The notes under the pieces were generated by a model that saw only the letters and a list, made by a program, of their open reading frames with translations, ran no database searches and was not told the origin of the DNA. From Escherichia phage vB_EcoP-101118UKE1, in sequence record MZ234021.1: a stretch of DNA of 40,233 bases. The stretch is one strand, 5' to 3'. Of the stretch, positions 1 through 9,770 are shown in pieces (positions within the stretch are counted from its first letter, which is position 1; each line of letters begins with the position of its first letter). The translations under genes and the position numbers were made by a program.

Positions 1-3000
1 ATGCAGGAACGAGAGGACCGCTCTACGTGGTTCGGTTTCGGTGCGGCTACAGAAGCTGAAGTGAAGAACTCTATGGTCGGCGTGGCTATCAGAGCTGGTC
101 AGACTGAGGACTCACTGGATGTCATTGGCGATGTGTTCAACCCAACCCGATGGAATAACCATAAGTGGTCTCGTGAGGAGCTGGACCAGATTCGTAACTC
201 TGGGGTTCTGCCTCAGTATTACGGAGTCATCACTGGTGGTTCCCCTCAGAACCTGACTGAGCTGATTAACTTGGCGCTTGAGAACCAGAAGTTGGACCAA
301 GAGAAGGCCAAGGCCGGGACTGGTGCTCAACTGGCGGCTGGTGTGATTGGTGCTGGCGTGGACCCTCTGACCTACGTTCCTATTGCTGGGCAGGTAGGTA
401 AAGGTGGGAAGCTAGCCAACAAGATGTTCACTGTGGCTGCTCAGTCTGGTGCTCTGGCTGGGGCATCCGAGATTGCTCGAACCTCAGTTGCTGGTGGGGA
501 CGCTCATGTGGCTGAGGCAATTATGGGCGGTGCTCTCTTCGGTGGGGGAATGACAGCTATCGGGGACGCTATCGGCAAGGCCTTAGGCAAGTCAACCAAC
601 GAGTTCGCCGGACCAGCCACACGTCTGGAAGCCCGTGAGACTGCACGTAATGTTGATGGTCAGGACCTGTCGCGTATGCCAATCCGTGAAGGAGAGGAGA
701 CCTTTAGTCATCAAGGCGTTAAGTTCGCTGACGTTCCGAATGAGCCGGGAAGTGTACGATTAGAAGACGGTTCAATCCTGATTGGTGAGAACCCTCTGAA
801 CCCTAAGACACGTCAAGTCTTTGACGAAGTGATTGAGCCTGAACGTGCCGCTGCTGGTGTGAACCTTGGTGGGCTGACTGAGATTGGCCTGAAGCTGCTT
901 CGGTCCGAGAACCCTGAGATTCGTGGAGTAGCTGCTGACTTAGTACGTTCACCGACTGGTATGCAGTCTGGGGCCTCAGGTAAAATAGGGACAACTGCGT
1001 CAGACGTATTCGAGAGACTTCGTGCTGTGGACCATCGGTTCTACAATGACATCGACGATGCGGTTACTGAGGCACTAAAGGACCCGTACTTCCAGACAGC
1101 ATTCTGGCGAGACTCTGGCGCATTCCGTCAAGACATCTATCAGCGCGTGTCTATGGCTATCGAAGATGGTAGCGGAAACCTGAAGGCTGAATTGACTCCG
1201 GGAGAACTGAAAGTCTATGACCTGCTGAAGAACCAGTTTGACGCCAAGCGTGAGATGATGGAGAACCCGGCGATGTTTGGTCGCCCAGACGCTCAGTCTA
1301 TCTTTCCGGGTAGCCGCTTCAAGGGAACATACGTCCCGCATGTGTATAGCAACCAGATGAAGGAGCTGTACATCAAGGAGCTTGGGAGTCCAGAGGCACT
1401 ACAGGAGGCCATCAAGAAGTCATGGTTGACCAGCTATGCGTCTCGACCTGAAGTCAAGAAACGCGTGGACGAGGCACTTTTAGAGGCTGACCCTACGTTG
1501 ACTCCAGAAGGACTTGCGGCTGCGGTCGATAAGTACGCCAACGATAAGGCTTATGGTATCTCTCACACCGAGCAGTTCGAGCGTTCATCCGTAATGGAGG
1601 AGAACATCAACGGGCTGGTTGGTCTGGAGAACAACAGCTTCCTTGAGGCTCGTAACCTGTTCGATAGCGATATGTCAATCGTTCTTCCTAACGGTCAGAC
1701 CTTCAGTGTCAACAACCTGCGTGAGTGGGACATGGACAAGATTGTCCCGGCCTACAACCGTCGAGTTAATGGTGATATTGCTATCATGGCTGGTACAGGC
1801 AAGACCACGAAGGAAATGAAGGACTTAGTTGAGACCATGATGAACAAGGCTGGCGATGACGGAAAGTTGAAAGGTGAAGTATCTACCTTACGTGACACCC
1901 TGAAGATTCTCACTGGTCGTGCTCGACGTGATGGTGCTGATGATGCGGCCTTCGCTACCGTGATGCGCACGATGACAGACCTATCGTTCTTCGCTAAGAA
2001 TGCCTACATGGGTGTTCAGAACTTAACGGAGATTGGTGGTATGCTGGCTCGTGGTAACGTTCGTGCAATGCTTCATGGAGTCCCAATTTTCCGTGACCTA
2101 GCCTTCCGTAACAAGAAGGTTGGGGCCTCAGAGATTAAGGACCTGCACAATGTTATCTTCGGTAAGGAACTGGATGACTCAATCCGTCCGTCTAAACAGG
2201 ATGTCATTGACCGTCTGCGATCTTACAGTGACCTCGGTCGTGGTACAGCTACAGCTCTGGGGACTGCCAAGTATTACACTGGCGAACTTGCAGTACGCTC
2301 TCCGTTCACTAAAGTCCTCAACGGTACGACCAACTACCTGTTAGATGCTGGACGTCAAGGCTTCCTGTCTGACATCGTGGAGCATAGCCTGACTGGTAGT
2401 AAGCGTAAGTTCGATGACCGCTGGCTGAAGACCGCTGGTATATCTGACGAGCAGTGGAGTGGAATTAAGTCCCTAATCCGTGAGTCAGTGACTCGTGGGC
2501 CAGACGGGAAGTACACCATCAAGGATAAGAAGGCGTTCAGTCAGGACCCAAGGGCTATGGACCTGTGGCGTATGGGTGACACCATCGCTGACGAGACGTT
2601 ACTCCGGCCTCATAAGCTGTCAAACATGGACGCCAAGGCTTATGGGCCTCTCGCTAAGACTGTCCTTCAGTTTAAGAACTTCGTCATCAAGTCTATCAAT
2701 GGGAGAACCATGCGAACCTTCTATAACGCCACGAAGAACAACAGAGCGATTGACGCTGCACTGTCGACCGTGATGTCTATGGGTCTGGCTGGTATCTACT
2801 ACATGGCTCAGGCGCATGTCAAGGCTTATGCTATGCAGGATGGTCGAGACCGTGACTACCTTAAGCAAGCTCTGGACCCAACGATGATTGGCTATGCGGC
2901 CCTGTCCCGTAGTTCACATCTTGGTGGCCTACTTGGGGTAGCTAACATTCTGGGAGGCATCGCTGGATATGAGGACACTAAGATGCTCCGTTCGTCTATC

Positions 3001-3303
3001 CTACCTCGTTCTCCTACAGATAAGCCTGAGCGTGCCATCGCGTATGGTGCAGCTACAAGTGACCCTGTGATGAATGTTGTTGGTAACTTCTTGGAGCAGG
3101 TTCCAGCTTTCGGATATGCTGCTAACGTTGGCGCTTCGGCTTACAACTTGGCTGGCTACCTCAAGGCTGATACTCGTGTCAACGAGCGTGACTACATGAC
3201 CGGGATGTATAATACGTTCCGTGAACTGGTTCCGAACGACCCCATTACCCAGAAGCTGCTGCTTGGAACGTTTGAGGAGCAAGGCATCCACATCAAGGAC
3301 TAA
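1..3303 (+). CDS. Internal virion (ejection) protein gp16, C-terminal 1100 aa; gene is split by the window boundary and continues from 39649..40233
   Basis: Long ORF colinear with T7 gp16 from about residue 220 onward (e.g. RSTWFGFG, TGGSP, VRSPTGMQSGASGK, GTYVPHVY, MDLWRM); stop TAA 3301-3303. Confidence 0.9.
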   Translation: MQEREDRSTWFGFGAATEAEVKNSMVGVAIRAGQTEDSLDVIGDVFNPTRWNNHKWSREELDQIRNSGVLPQYYGVITGGSPQNLTELINLALENQKLDQEKAKAGTGAQLAAGVIGAGVDPLTYVPIAGQVGKGGKLANKMFTVAAQSGALAGASEIARTSVAGGDAHVAEAIMGGALFGGGMTAIGDAIGKALGKSTNEFAGPATRLEARETARNVDGQDLSRMPIREGEETFSHQGVKFADVPNEPGSVRLEDGSILIGENPLNPKTRQVFDEVIEPERAAAGVNLGGLTEIGLKLLRSENPEIRGVAADLVRSPTGMQSGASGKIGTTASDVFERLRAVDHRFYNDIDDAVTEALKDPYFQTAFWRDSGAFRQDIYQRVSMAIEDGSGNLKAELTPGELKVYDLLKNQFDAKREMMENPAMFGRPDAQSIFPGSRFKGTYVPHVYSNQMKELYIKELGSPEALQEAIKKSWLTSYASRPEVKKRVDEALLEADPTLTPEGLAAAVDKYANDKAYGISHTEQFERSSVMEENINGLVGLENNSFLEARNLFDSDMSIVLPNGQTFSVNNLREWDMDKIVPAYNRRVNGDIAIMAGTGKTTKEMKDLVETMMNKAGDDGKLKGEVSTLRDTLKILTGRARRDGADDAAFATVMRTMTDLSFFAKNAYMGVQNLTEIGGMLARGNVRAMLHGVPIFRDLAFRNKKVGASEIKDLHNVIFGKELDDSIRPSKQDVIDRLRSYSDLGRGTATALGTAKYYTGELAVRSPFTKVLNGTTNYLLDAGRQGFLSDIVEHSLTGSKRKFDDRWLKTAGISDEQWSGIKSLIRESVTRGPDGKYTIKDKKAFSQDPRAMDLWRMGDTIADETLLRPHKLSNMDAKAYGPLAKTVLQFKNFVIKSINGRTMRTFYNATKNNRAIDAALSTVMSMGLAGIYYMAQAHVKAYAMQDGRDRDYLKQALDPTMIGYAALSRSSHLGGLLGVANILGGIAGYEDTKMLRSSILPRSPTDKPERAIAYGAATSDPVMNVVGNFLEQVPAFGYAANVGASAYNLAGYLKADTRVNERDYMTGMYNTFRELVPNDPITQKLLLGTFEEQGIHIKD

Positions 3304-3321
3304 ACTATCACTATAGGAAAC
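3299..3321 (+). promoter_or_regulatory. Phage RNAP promoter (phi17-type), +1 G at 3316
   Basis: ACTAAACTATCACTATA/GGAAAC; one of eleven copies of the core ACTATCACTATAGG. Confidence 0.8.
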
Positions 3322-3367
3322 TGGAGGCGCTACCATAGGTCTCCATTTAAATCACAAAGGAGGCATA

Positions 3368-5548
3368 ATGTCCACGATTACACAATTCCCTTCAGGAAAC
3401 ACTCAGTACAGGATTGAGTTCGACTACCTAGCCAGAACGTTTGTTGTTGTTACGCTGGTGAATAGCTCTAACCCTACCCTGAACCGTGTACTGGAAGTTG
3501 GTCGAGATTACCGATTCCTTAATCCAACGATGATTGAGATGTTGGCTGACCAATCAGGTTTCGACATCGTTCGTATTCACCGTCAGACTGGAACTGACTT
3601 AGTGGTAGACTTCAGGAATGGCTCAGTGTTGACAGCTAGTGACCTGACCAATTCAGAGCTTCAGGCTATCCATATTGCAGAAGAAGGTCGAGACCAAACG
3701 GTTGACTTAGCGAAGGAATATGCCGATGCTGCTGGCAGCTCTGCTGGCAACGCTAAGGATAGCGAGGACGAAGCACGCCGAATCACTGCGAGTATCAAGG
3801 CAGCTGGTAAAATTGGCTATATTACCCGTCGCTCCTTCGAGAAAGGCTTCAACGTTACAACATGGAACGAGGTCCTGCTATGGGAAGAGGATGGTGATTA
3901 TTACCGCTGGGATGGTACGCTTCCAAAGAACGTTCCCGCTGGTTCAACTCCTGAATCATCTGGTGGTATTGGGCTGAGTGCGTGGGTTAGTGTTGGTGAT
4001 GCGTCACTTAGAGCAAACCTGTCTGATAGTGATGGCGCTAAATACATAGGAAGTGGAGAAAGGACATTACTTGAGCACAACAATGATGTTTTGCACTCAA
4101 AAGACTTTCCAACACTGCAGGCAGCTATAGATGCATCTTTGCAAAAAAATGATCTACTGGTGTCTCCTGGCAATTATACTGAAAAAGTTACTATTGGAAA
4201 CGCGCAGTTAAAAGGTGTTGGCGGGGCCACGGTACTAAAAACTCCGGCAGACTTTACAAACACTGTTCAGGTTAATTTAGCTACACCTCATTGGCAATTC
4301 CGCCATAGTGGTGGTTTTGCTATAGATGGTTCCGGGACAACCGGGGCCGTAGGTATTAGTTTTGACCCGTCAGACCAATATTCCGGACGTCATAATTTTA
4401 GTGATGTATACATCCACAACATCAACAAGGCCATTCAGAAGCCTTCCGGGAACATCGGCAATACTTGGAGAAATATTGGGATATCTACGTGTGATTGGGG
4501 GTATTACGCGATTAGTGGCTCAGAGATGCATTGCGGGGCCGATACCCTCTACAATATCCACTTCGATGGCATCTCCACCTATGCAGTCTATCTAAACGGC
4601 ACTGTCGATAATGGCGGGGGGGGCGCATGGTGGCTTAAAGACTCCATTATTGAGGCTTCCGGAGGTGGCGGGATATACTTAAAAAGTAAATCGGGCGACT
4701 GTCCTACATCTCCATGCGGGGTATCCAATATATGGATGGAAGCGATCGCAACATCACCGGCTGTTCAGGTAGACGGCGTGGCGCAAAAACCGCGAGTTCT
4801 CAAGTTGGTAGACACAGCGATATTCTTTGCTGAGTATTCTTATCTCAACAACATCGAGCTATCCAACTCCAACTTAGTAACTTATGGTTGCCGTTTTGAC
4901 AACGCTGATGGCAATCAGGATATTGTCGTGGATGCACAAAGCACCATTGTAGCCCATGACGTGTATTTAAACGGCAGTTCTGGAAAGGACGTTATTGTGG
5001 AGTCCGTCGCATCGCAATCTGCAACGATAGCTACCACAAACTTATCTCTGAGGGGCAACTTAACAAGAGGGAGAGTATTTAATACGCCGACAGGGAATAA
5101 ATTAATGGCTATCACATTTGACTCAGGTAGCTATAATTTTTCTGGCAGCGGCACCGTTAACGGTTCGACTGTATCTGACGGACTTCACGCCGCTACATGT
5201 ACCGAATTTTCATTCCCCGGAGCCGGTTTATATGAAATGGTAGCGACAAGAACAACCATTACATCCGGTAGATGGTACGTGTGGGGAGTTAACTCACGCC
5301 TACAATCTGGCTCGGCGGATATTAGTATAACGTCAGGTATTACCATGGGTAGTGTTTACACAAAGCAGGGGGAGTGGATTAGCACTTTCGGTGTAGGAAA
5401 GGCATCTACCACTGGCACTGTAGCGCTATACGTTTCCACAGGAGGAGGTTCGGGAGCTACGGTCAGATTCAGTGACTTTTTCATCGCTGAGTTTACGACG
5501 CAAGCTCAGGCTTTATCTTTCGCCAATTCAAGGATGTCGTTATCATAA
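3368..5548 (+). CDS. Tail fiber / tailspike (gp17-like N-terminal adaptor, beta-helix-like C-terminal region)
   Basis: AAAGGAGG RBS 3356-3363; N-terminal ~150 aa resemble T7 gp17 (EFDYLARTFVVVTL, DYRF, LVDFRNGSVL, IAEEGRD); remainder unrelated to T7 fiber, Gly/Asn/Ser/Thr-rich with repetitive strand-like segments. Confidence 0.85.
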   Translation: MSTITQFPSGNTQYRIEFDYLARTFVVVTLVNSSNPTLNRVLEVGRDYRFLNPTMIEMLADQSGFDIVRIHRQTGTDLVVDFRNGSVLTASDLTNSELQAIHIAEEGRDQTVDLAKEYADAAGSSAGNAKDSEDEARRITASIKAAGKIGYITRRSFEKGFNVTTWNEVLLWEEDGDYYRWDGTLPKNVPAGSTPESSGGIGLSAWVSVGDASLRANLSDSDGAKYIGSGERTLLEHNNDVLHSKDFPTLQAAIDASLQKNDLLVSPGNYTEKVTIGNAQLKGVGGATVLKTPADFTNTVQVNLATPHWQFRHSGGFAIDGSGTTGAVGISFDPSDQYSGRHNFSDVYIHNINKAIQKPSGNIGNTWRNIGISTCDWGYYAISGSEMHCGADTLYNIHFDGISTYAVYLNGTVDNGGGGAWWLKDSIIEASGGGGIYLKSKSGDCPTSPCGVSNIWMEAIATSPAVQVDGVAQKPRVLKLVDTAIFFAEYSYLNNIELSNSNLVTYGCRFDNADGNQDIVVDAQSTIVAHDVYLNGSSGKDVIVESVASQSATIATTNLSLRGNLTRGRVFNTPTGNKLMAITFDSGSYNFSGSGTVNGSTVSDGLHAATCTEFSFPGAGLYEMVATRTTITSGRWYVWGVNSRLQSGSADISITSGITMGSVYTKQGEWISTFGVGKASTTGTVALYVSTGGGSGATVRFSDFFIAEFTTQAQALSFANSRMSLS

Positions 5549-5692
5549 AAACAACCTCAGCCGAAGCGGGTTATTTATCATCAGAACGGTATTGAATCAT
5601 CGAAGGTTGTGGAGGTAGAGGCTAACTACACGTTGACCAACGTATGATAACAACTTTGGGTCACGGACGACCCGCTTTAAACTGGAGGTTTT

Positions 5693-5887
5693 ATGATTGA
5701 GTTAGACTTCAAGAATGAGGTCCTTAAAGCCTCTCCTATCGTCGGGACCGCTGCGGCTGATGGTGCCAGTCGGTTCTTCTTCGGACTTACACTGAACGAA
5801 TGGTTCTACGTTGCAGCTATCGCGTACACCGTTGTCCAGATTGGTGTGCTAGTCTACAAAACGATTAAAGGAGGTGGTAAAACATGA
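5693..5887 (+). CDS. Holin (T7 gp17.5-like)
   Basis: 64 aa, GGAGG RBS; FFGLTLNEWFYVAAIAYTVVQIG transmembrane segment nearly identical to T7 gp17.5. Confidence 0.85.
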   Translation: MIELDFKNEVLKASPIVGTAAADGASRFFFGLTLNEWFYVAAIAYTVVQIGVLVYKTIKGGGKT

Positions 5888-6147
5888 CGCAGATGGACTT
5901 AGAGAAGTTCCTCTTGATGCTTGATACTGAACGTGCTCGACTCATGCTGCAAGACTTGCGGGATGACACTAAGCGTTCACCTCAGCTCTACAACGCCATT
6001 GAGAAGCTGCTTGCTCGTCACAACTTTGTGTTAAGCAAGGTGTCTGTGGACGAGAAGGCGCTGGCTGATATGGAGGCCCTGAACGCAGAGTACGATAAGG
6101 TTCTTTCAGCGACTGAGGATAATGACACCGGGTATGGTGTTCAATAA
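5884..6147 (+). CDS. Terminase small subunit (gp18-like)
   Basis: 87 aa; ATGA start/stop overlap with holin; size, position and RSPQLYNAI motif as in T7 gp18. Confidence 0.8.
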   Translation: MTQMDLEKFLLMLDTERARLMLQDLRDDTKRSPQLYNAIEKLLARHNFVLSKVSVDEKALADMEALNAEYDKVLSATEDNDTGYGVQ

Positions 6148-6158
6148 GTGTTAGACTC

Positions 6159-6185
6159 AAGGTCATTACTATATGTAGTGGCCTT
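6159..6185 (+). promoter_or_regulatory. Putative RNase III processing hairpin (R18.5-like)
   Basis: AAGGTCAT 6159-6166 pairs with GTGGCCTT 6178-6185 in RNA (G-U wobble allowed), upstream of Rz gene. Confidence 0.45.
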
Positions 6186-6248
6186 TATGGTTAACACACA
6201 CTACGGGCGGCGACGCTACGTGGATTCTGAGAAATGAGGAGGGCAACT

Positions 6249-6686
6249 ATGCTCGAACTTTTACGTAAAGCAATCCCGTGGCTGGTTGCAGGACTCCTGT
6301 TCTGTTCTGGCTACTGGGTGGCAGACAATAAGTGGGAGGCGAAGGTAAACAATGAGTACATCACGAAACTTGAGGCACGAGAGAATCAACGGGCTGCTGT
6401 CCAAGGTGAAATCAACAAAGTGTCAGCCGAGTGGCAAGACAAGATGTCCGCGCTGGAAGGCTCTACTGATAGGATTATTGCTGACCTTAACCGCGATAAC
6501 AAGCGGCTGCGCGTCCGAGTCAACACCTCAGGTCTCACCGAGTCAGATGTCAGTCGATGCTTCCCTAATGGTAGAGTCGAACTACACCCAGAAACTTCTA
6601 AAAGTCTTATCCGATTAACTCAGGAGGCAGACCTTAAGGAGAAGGCGCTTCAGGACACAATAAGGAGGCTCCAAGGTGTTAAGTGA
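6249..6686 (+). CDS. Rz-like i-spanin (gp18.5-like)
   Basis: GAGGAGGG RBS 6237-6243 before ATG 6249 (first in-frame start in the ORF track is 6234); MLELLRKAIPWLVAGLLF N-terminal TM, DLNRDNKRLRVRV as in T7 gp18.5. Confidence 0.85.
   Translation: MLELLRKAIPWLVAGLLFCSGYWVADNKWEAKVNNEYITKLEARENQRAAVQGEINKVSAEWQDKMSALEGSTDRIIADLNRDNKRLRVRVNTSGLTESDVSRCFPNGRVELHPETSKSLIRLTQEADLKEKALQDTIRRLQGVK
6352..6618 (+). CDS. Rz1-like o-spanin lipoprotein (gp18.7-like), embedded in +1 frame of Rz gene
   Basis: 88-aa ORF inside the Rz gene; PRWKALLIGLLLTLTAITSGCASES signal/lipobox pattern matching T7 gp18.7. Confidence 0.7.
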   Translation: MSTSRNLRHERINGLLSKVKSTKCQPSGKTRCPRWKALLIGLLLTLTAITSGCASESTPQVSPSQMSVDASLMVESNYTQKLLKVLSD

Positions 6687-7113
6687 TTACTACAAAGTGG
6701 ACCCGGCTAGTCCATCCGGTCTGGTCTCCGTTAGGACTGGAAAGCCTGTGGGGACATTAAGTCGGATGGGATATTGGATAGTACAGACACGAAGTCTAGG
6801 CAGTAAGCGGGCCCATCGTGTGATATGGGAACTAACCAATGGTCCTATACCGCATGGTATGCAAATAGACCACATCGACAGGAACCCTAGCAATAATACC
6901 TTAAGTAACTTACGGCTCGTTACTGCCGCTGAAAACACTTGGAATACTGGTAGCCATTATGACTCTAAGACAGGAGTGAAGTGCGTTACCCGTCACCAGA
7001 ATGGTTATAGGATTCAGGTTAAACGCGGGAATGCCTATATGCGAACAACACGTCCCACTTTAGAGGAGGCTATCGCTGTCCGGGACCTAATGCTGGAGGG
7101 ACTATATGTCTAA
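6676..7113 (+). CDS. HNH homing endonuclease
   Basis: GTG start with AAGGAGG RBS 6662-6668; motif [20 protein letters not shown] (HNH) followed by AP2-like C-terminal region; overlaps Rz end and terminase start. Confidence 0.85.
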   Translation: MLSDYYKVDPASPSGLVSVRTGKPVGTLSRMGYWIVQTRSLGSKRAHRVIWELTNGPIPHGMQIDHIDRNPSNNTLSNLRLVTAAENTWNTGSHYDSKTGVKCVTRHQNGYRIQVKRGNAYMRTTRPTLEEAIAVRDLMLEGLYV

Positions 7114-8872
7114 GAAAACACCCGCTGAAAGACAGGCAGAAATGGTCCAAAGGATGAGGGACGACTTCGTGTTCTTCATCTTCGTTCTCTGGAAAGCACT
7201 AAGTCTTCCGGTTCCAACCCGCTGCCAGATAGATATGTGTAAGAAGCTGGCTGCTGGGGATAATCGCCGCTTCATCCTTCAGGCGTTCCGTGGTATTGGC
7301 AAGTCGTTTTTGACCTGTGGCTTTGTGGTCTGGAAGCTATGGAATAACCCAGACTTGAAGTTCATGATTGTGTCGGCCTCAAAGGAGCGAGCCGATGCTA
7401 ACTCCATCTTCATCAAGCGAATCATCGACCTCATGCCTCAGCTTCAGGAACTCAAACCTAAGCAGGGACAGCGAGATGCGGTTATTAGCTTCGACGTGGG
7501 ACCTGCCAAGCCAGACCACTCACCTTCGGTTAAGTCCGTTGGTATCACTGGTCAGTTGACTGGTAGTCGTGCTGACACCCTGATTGCCGATGACGTGGAG
7601 GTTCCGAACAACTCAGCGACTCAGGCTGCACGAGACCGTCTATCAGAGCTTGTGAAAGAGTTCGACGCTATCCTGAAGCCGGGAGGTACGATCATCTATC
7701 TGGGTACTCCTCAGAACGAGATGACCCTGTACCGTGAGCTGGAAGGTCGTGGGTACACCACTACTATCTGGCCCGCTCGTTATCCACGCGACAGGAAGGA
7801 CTGGCAGTCTTACGGCGACCGTCTGGCTCCTATGCTTCAGGCAGAGCTGGAAGAGGACCCTGAGTCCTTCTACTGGCGTCCGACTGATGAAGTACGCTTC
7901 GATGATACGGACCTGAAGGAACGTGAGCTGTCCTACGGTAAAGCTGGCTTCGCTCTACAGTTCATGCTTAACCCGAACCTGAGTGATGCCGAGAAGTACC
8001 CTCTGAAGCTCCGTGACCTTATCGTAGCCGACTTGGACCCAGCGTCCAGCCCAATGGTCTACCAATGGTTGCCGAACCCTCAGAACAAGCGTGAGGACGT
8101 TCCTAACGTTGGACTCATGGGTGACTCGTACCACACGTATCAGACTGTAGGTTCTGCCTTCAGCTCATACACCCAGAAGATTCTGGTCATTGACCCTAGT
8201 GGTCGTGGTAAGGATGAAACTGGATATGTGGTACTGTACCAGCTCAACGGCTACATCTTCGCTATGGAAGTTGGTGGCATGCGTGGTGGTTATGAAGACT
8301 CTACGCTGGAAGCCTTGGCTAAGATTGGTCGTAAGTGGAGGGTCAACGAATACGTCATTGAGGGTAACTTCGGTGATGGTATGTACCTTGAGCTATTCAA
8401 GCCTGTAGCGGCCCGTATCCATCCTGCGGCTGTAACTGAAGTGAAGAGTAAGGGTCAGAAAGAACTACGCATCTGTGACGTTCTGGAGCCTATCATGGGG
8501 TCTCACAGACTTATCGTTAACGCTGCTGCTATCGTCCAAGACTACCAGACAGCCTCTGACAAGGATGGTGTTCGTAACCCTATCTACTCTCTATTCTATC
8601 AGATGACACGTATCTCTCGTGAGCGTGGAGCCTTGGCACACGATGACCGACTTGATGCGCTGGCTATCGGTGTACAGTTCTTCGTTGAGTCGATGGCTAA
8701 GGATGCCAACAAAGGCGAACGTGAAGTAACTGAGGAATGGCTGGAGGAACAGATGGAGAACCCACGGAAAGGCTTCGAGTCCATCCACACTGAGTTCTGG
8801 GACAATGGGGTCCGGGTAACTCACGATACGGACGACGAGCTTGGACTAGGGTCATACGTTACGTTCCACTAG
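7106..8872 (+). CDS. Terminase large subunit (gp19)
   Basis: 588 aa, near-colinear with T7 gp19 ([13 protein letters not shown] Walker [34 protein letters not shown]). Confidence 0.97.
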   Translation: MSKKTPAERQAEMVQRMRDDFVFFIFVLWKALSLPVPTRCQIDMCKKLAAGDNRRFILQAFRGIGKSFLTCGFVVWKLWNNPDLKFMIVSASKERADANSIFIKRIIDLMPQLQELKPKQGQRDAVISFDVGPAKPDHSPSVKSVGITGQLTGSRADTLIADDVEVPNNSATQAARDRLSELVKEFDAILKPGGTIIYLGTPQNEMTLYRELEGRGYTTTIWPARYPRDRKDWQSYGDRLAPMLQAELEEDPESFYWRPTDEVRFDDTDLKERELSYGKAGFALQFMLNPNLSDAEKYPLKLRDLIVADLDPASSPMVYQWLPNPQNKREDVPNVGLMGDSYHTYQTVGSAFSSYTQKILVIDPSGRGKDETGYVVLYQLNGYIFAMEVGGMRGGYEDSTLEALAKIGRKWRVNEYVIEGNFGDGMYLELFKPVAARIHPAAVTEVKSKGQKELRICDVLEPIMGSHRLIVNAAAIVQDYQTASDKDGVRNPIYSLFYQMTRISRERGALAHDDRLDALAIGVQFFVESMAKDANKGEREVTEEWLEEQMENPRKGFESIHTEFWDNGVRVTHDTDDELGLGSYVTFH

Positions 8873-8881
8873 CTGAATGAA

Positions 8882-8930
8882 TAACTATAGGTGAAAGCTG
8901 CATGAATAAGCAGTTAGTAACCTATAGTTA
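8882..8930 (+). repeat. 11-bp perfect inverted repeat immediately after terminase gene
   Basis: TAACTATAGGT 8882-8892 and ACCTATAGTTA 8920-8930, 27-nt spacer. Confidence 0.6.
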
Positions 8931-8966
8931 CTACCAGTCTAACATACTGTTTTACAAGGAGTTTGG

Positions 8967-8989
8967 ACTTAACTATCACTATAGGGAAG
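8967..8989 (+). promoter_or_regulatory. Phage RNAP promoter (phiOR-type, right genome end), +1 at 8984
   Basis: ACTTAACTATCACTATA/GGGAAG. Confidence 0.8.
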
Positions 8990-9169
8990 ACCCCCGGTTA
9001 CTTATAGTATTACTGTAGTGAATATACATATGCAGACTTTATGCAAGACCTTAGGAGGCAGACTCCGAGTTCTTACCTAAGGCTTGCACCGATGGAAGGA
9101 GGGTGATATTAATCATAATCCCTCCAATACAGATAGTCACCGACCATAGATACAGGAGGTATGTAGCAT

Positions 9170-9328
9170 ATGGCAAAGACCAAAGCTGTACTTAAAGCTC
9201 TGGCGACCAATCGAGCTACATACAGGTTTCTTGCTGCTGTTCTACTTGCTGCTGGCGTTACTGCTGGAAGTCAGTGGGTCGGGTGGGTCGAGACTCTCGT
9301 ATGTTCTCTGGTCTCTCAGTGTAATTAA
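9170..9328 (+). CDS. Small putative membrane protein (52 aa) in gp19.5 position
   Basis: AGGAGG RBS 9154-9159, ATG 9170, hydrophobic FLAAVLLAAGVTAG segment; not in the ORF track (<60 aa). Confidence 0.4.
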   Translation: MAKTKAVLKALATNRATYRFLAAVLLAAGVTAGSQWVGWVETLVCSLVSQCN

Positions 9329-9361
9329 CGCAATCATGGTAACGATTCATGAGCGGAAGAC

Positions 9362-9404
9362 CTAAGGTCAGTACGTGGATAAAGACTCACTATACTGACC
9401 TTAG
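9362..9404 (+). repeat. 12-bp perfect inverted repeat enclosing a T7-type promoter-like motif, ~170 bp before the terminal repeat
   Basis: CTAAGGTCAGTA 9362-9373 and TACTGACCTTAG 9393-9404; spacer contains AAAGACTCACTATA. Confidence 0.6.
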
Positions 9405-9499
9405 CTACTGTAGTCAAGGACTTTAGGTAACACCATTCAGGCTCTCACCTCTGGTCTACCTACTGATTGGTTCACTGGTCGTCATCCGATGGTCTTAGA

Positions 9500-9521
9500 C
9501 CTACGGTCCTTGACCTACAGT
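9500..9521 (+). repeat. Short CCTAC(A/G)GT repeats flanking the terminal repeat (right-end side)
   Basis: CCTACGGT 9500-9507 and CCTACAGT 9514-9521. Confidence 0.5.
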
Positions 9522-9574
9522 AGCTGGTTCCTAAGGAGGGACGATGAGTTTTGGACCAAAAGTTTGAGACCACA

Positions 9575-9755
9575 TCTCACAGTTCAAGAACCTCAAGTCT
9601 CCCCCATAGGCCCTCTTTCAGTCCAGACCAAAGGCCCTACCCCAGTCTATCATAAGGTTAGACCGATGGTCAAGACTTCAGGTCAACGATAGGTTGTGGC
9701 TATGGCTTAGGGAAGGACGATAGGTTGGGACTATGGGTCTGTCTCTGAGTCTCTA
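9575..9755 (+). repeat. Probable terminal repeat (single collapsed copy) containing the physical genome ends; boundaries approximate
   Basis: Begins TCTCACAG...CCCCCATAGG like the T7 left terminus; ends near GTCTCTGAGTCTCT followed by ATCTGTA (T7 has ATCTGTT concatemer-junction pause motif). Confidence 0.4.
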
Positions 9756-9770
9756 TCTGTATAACCATAG

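Noticed and set aside
9374-9396. T7-consensus-like promoter (AAAGACTCACTATA) as a functional promoter of this phage
   Set aside because: It differs from the phage's own consensus at -12 to -10 and has C instead of G at +1; reported as a curiosity within a palindrome, not as a promoter feature.
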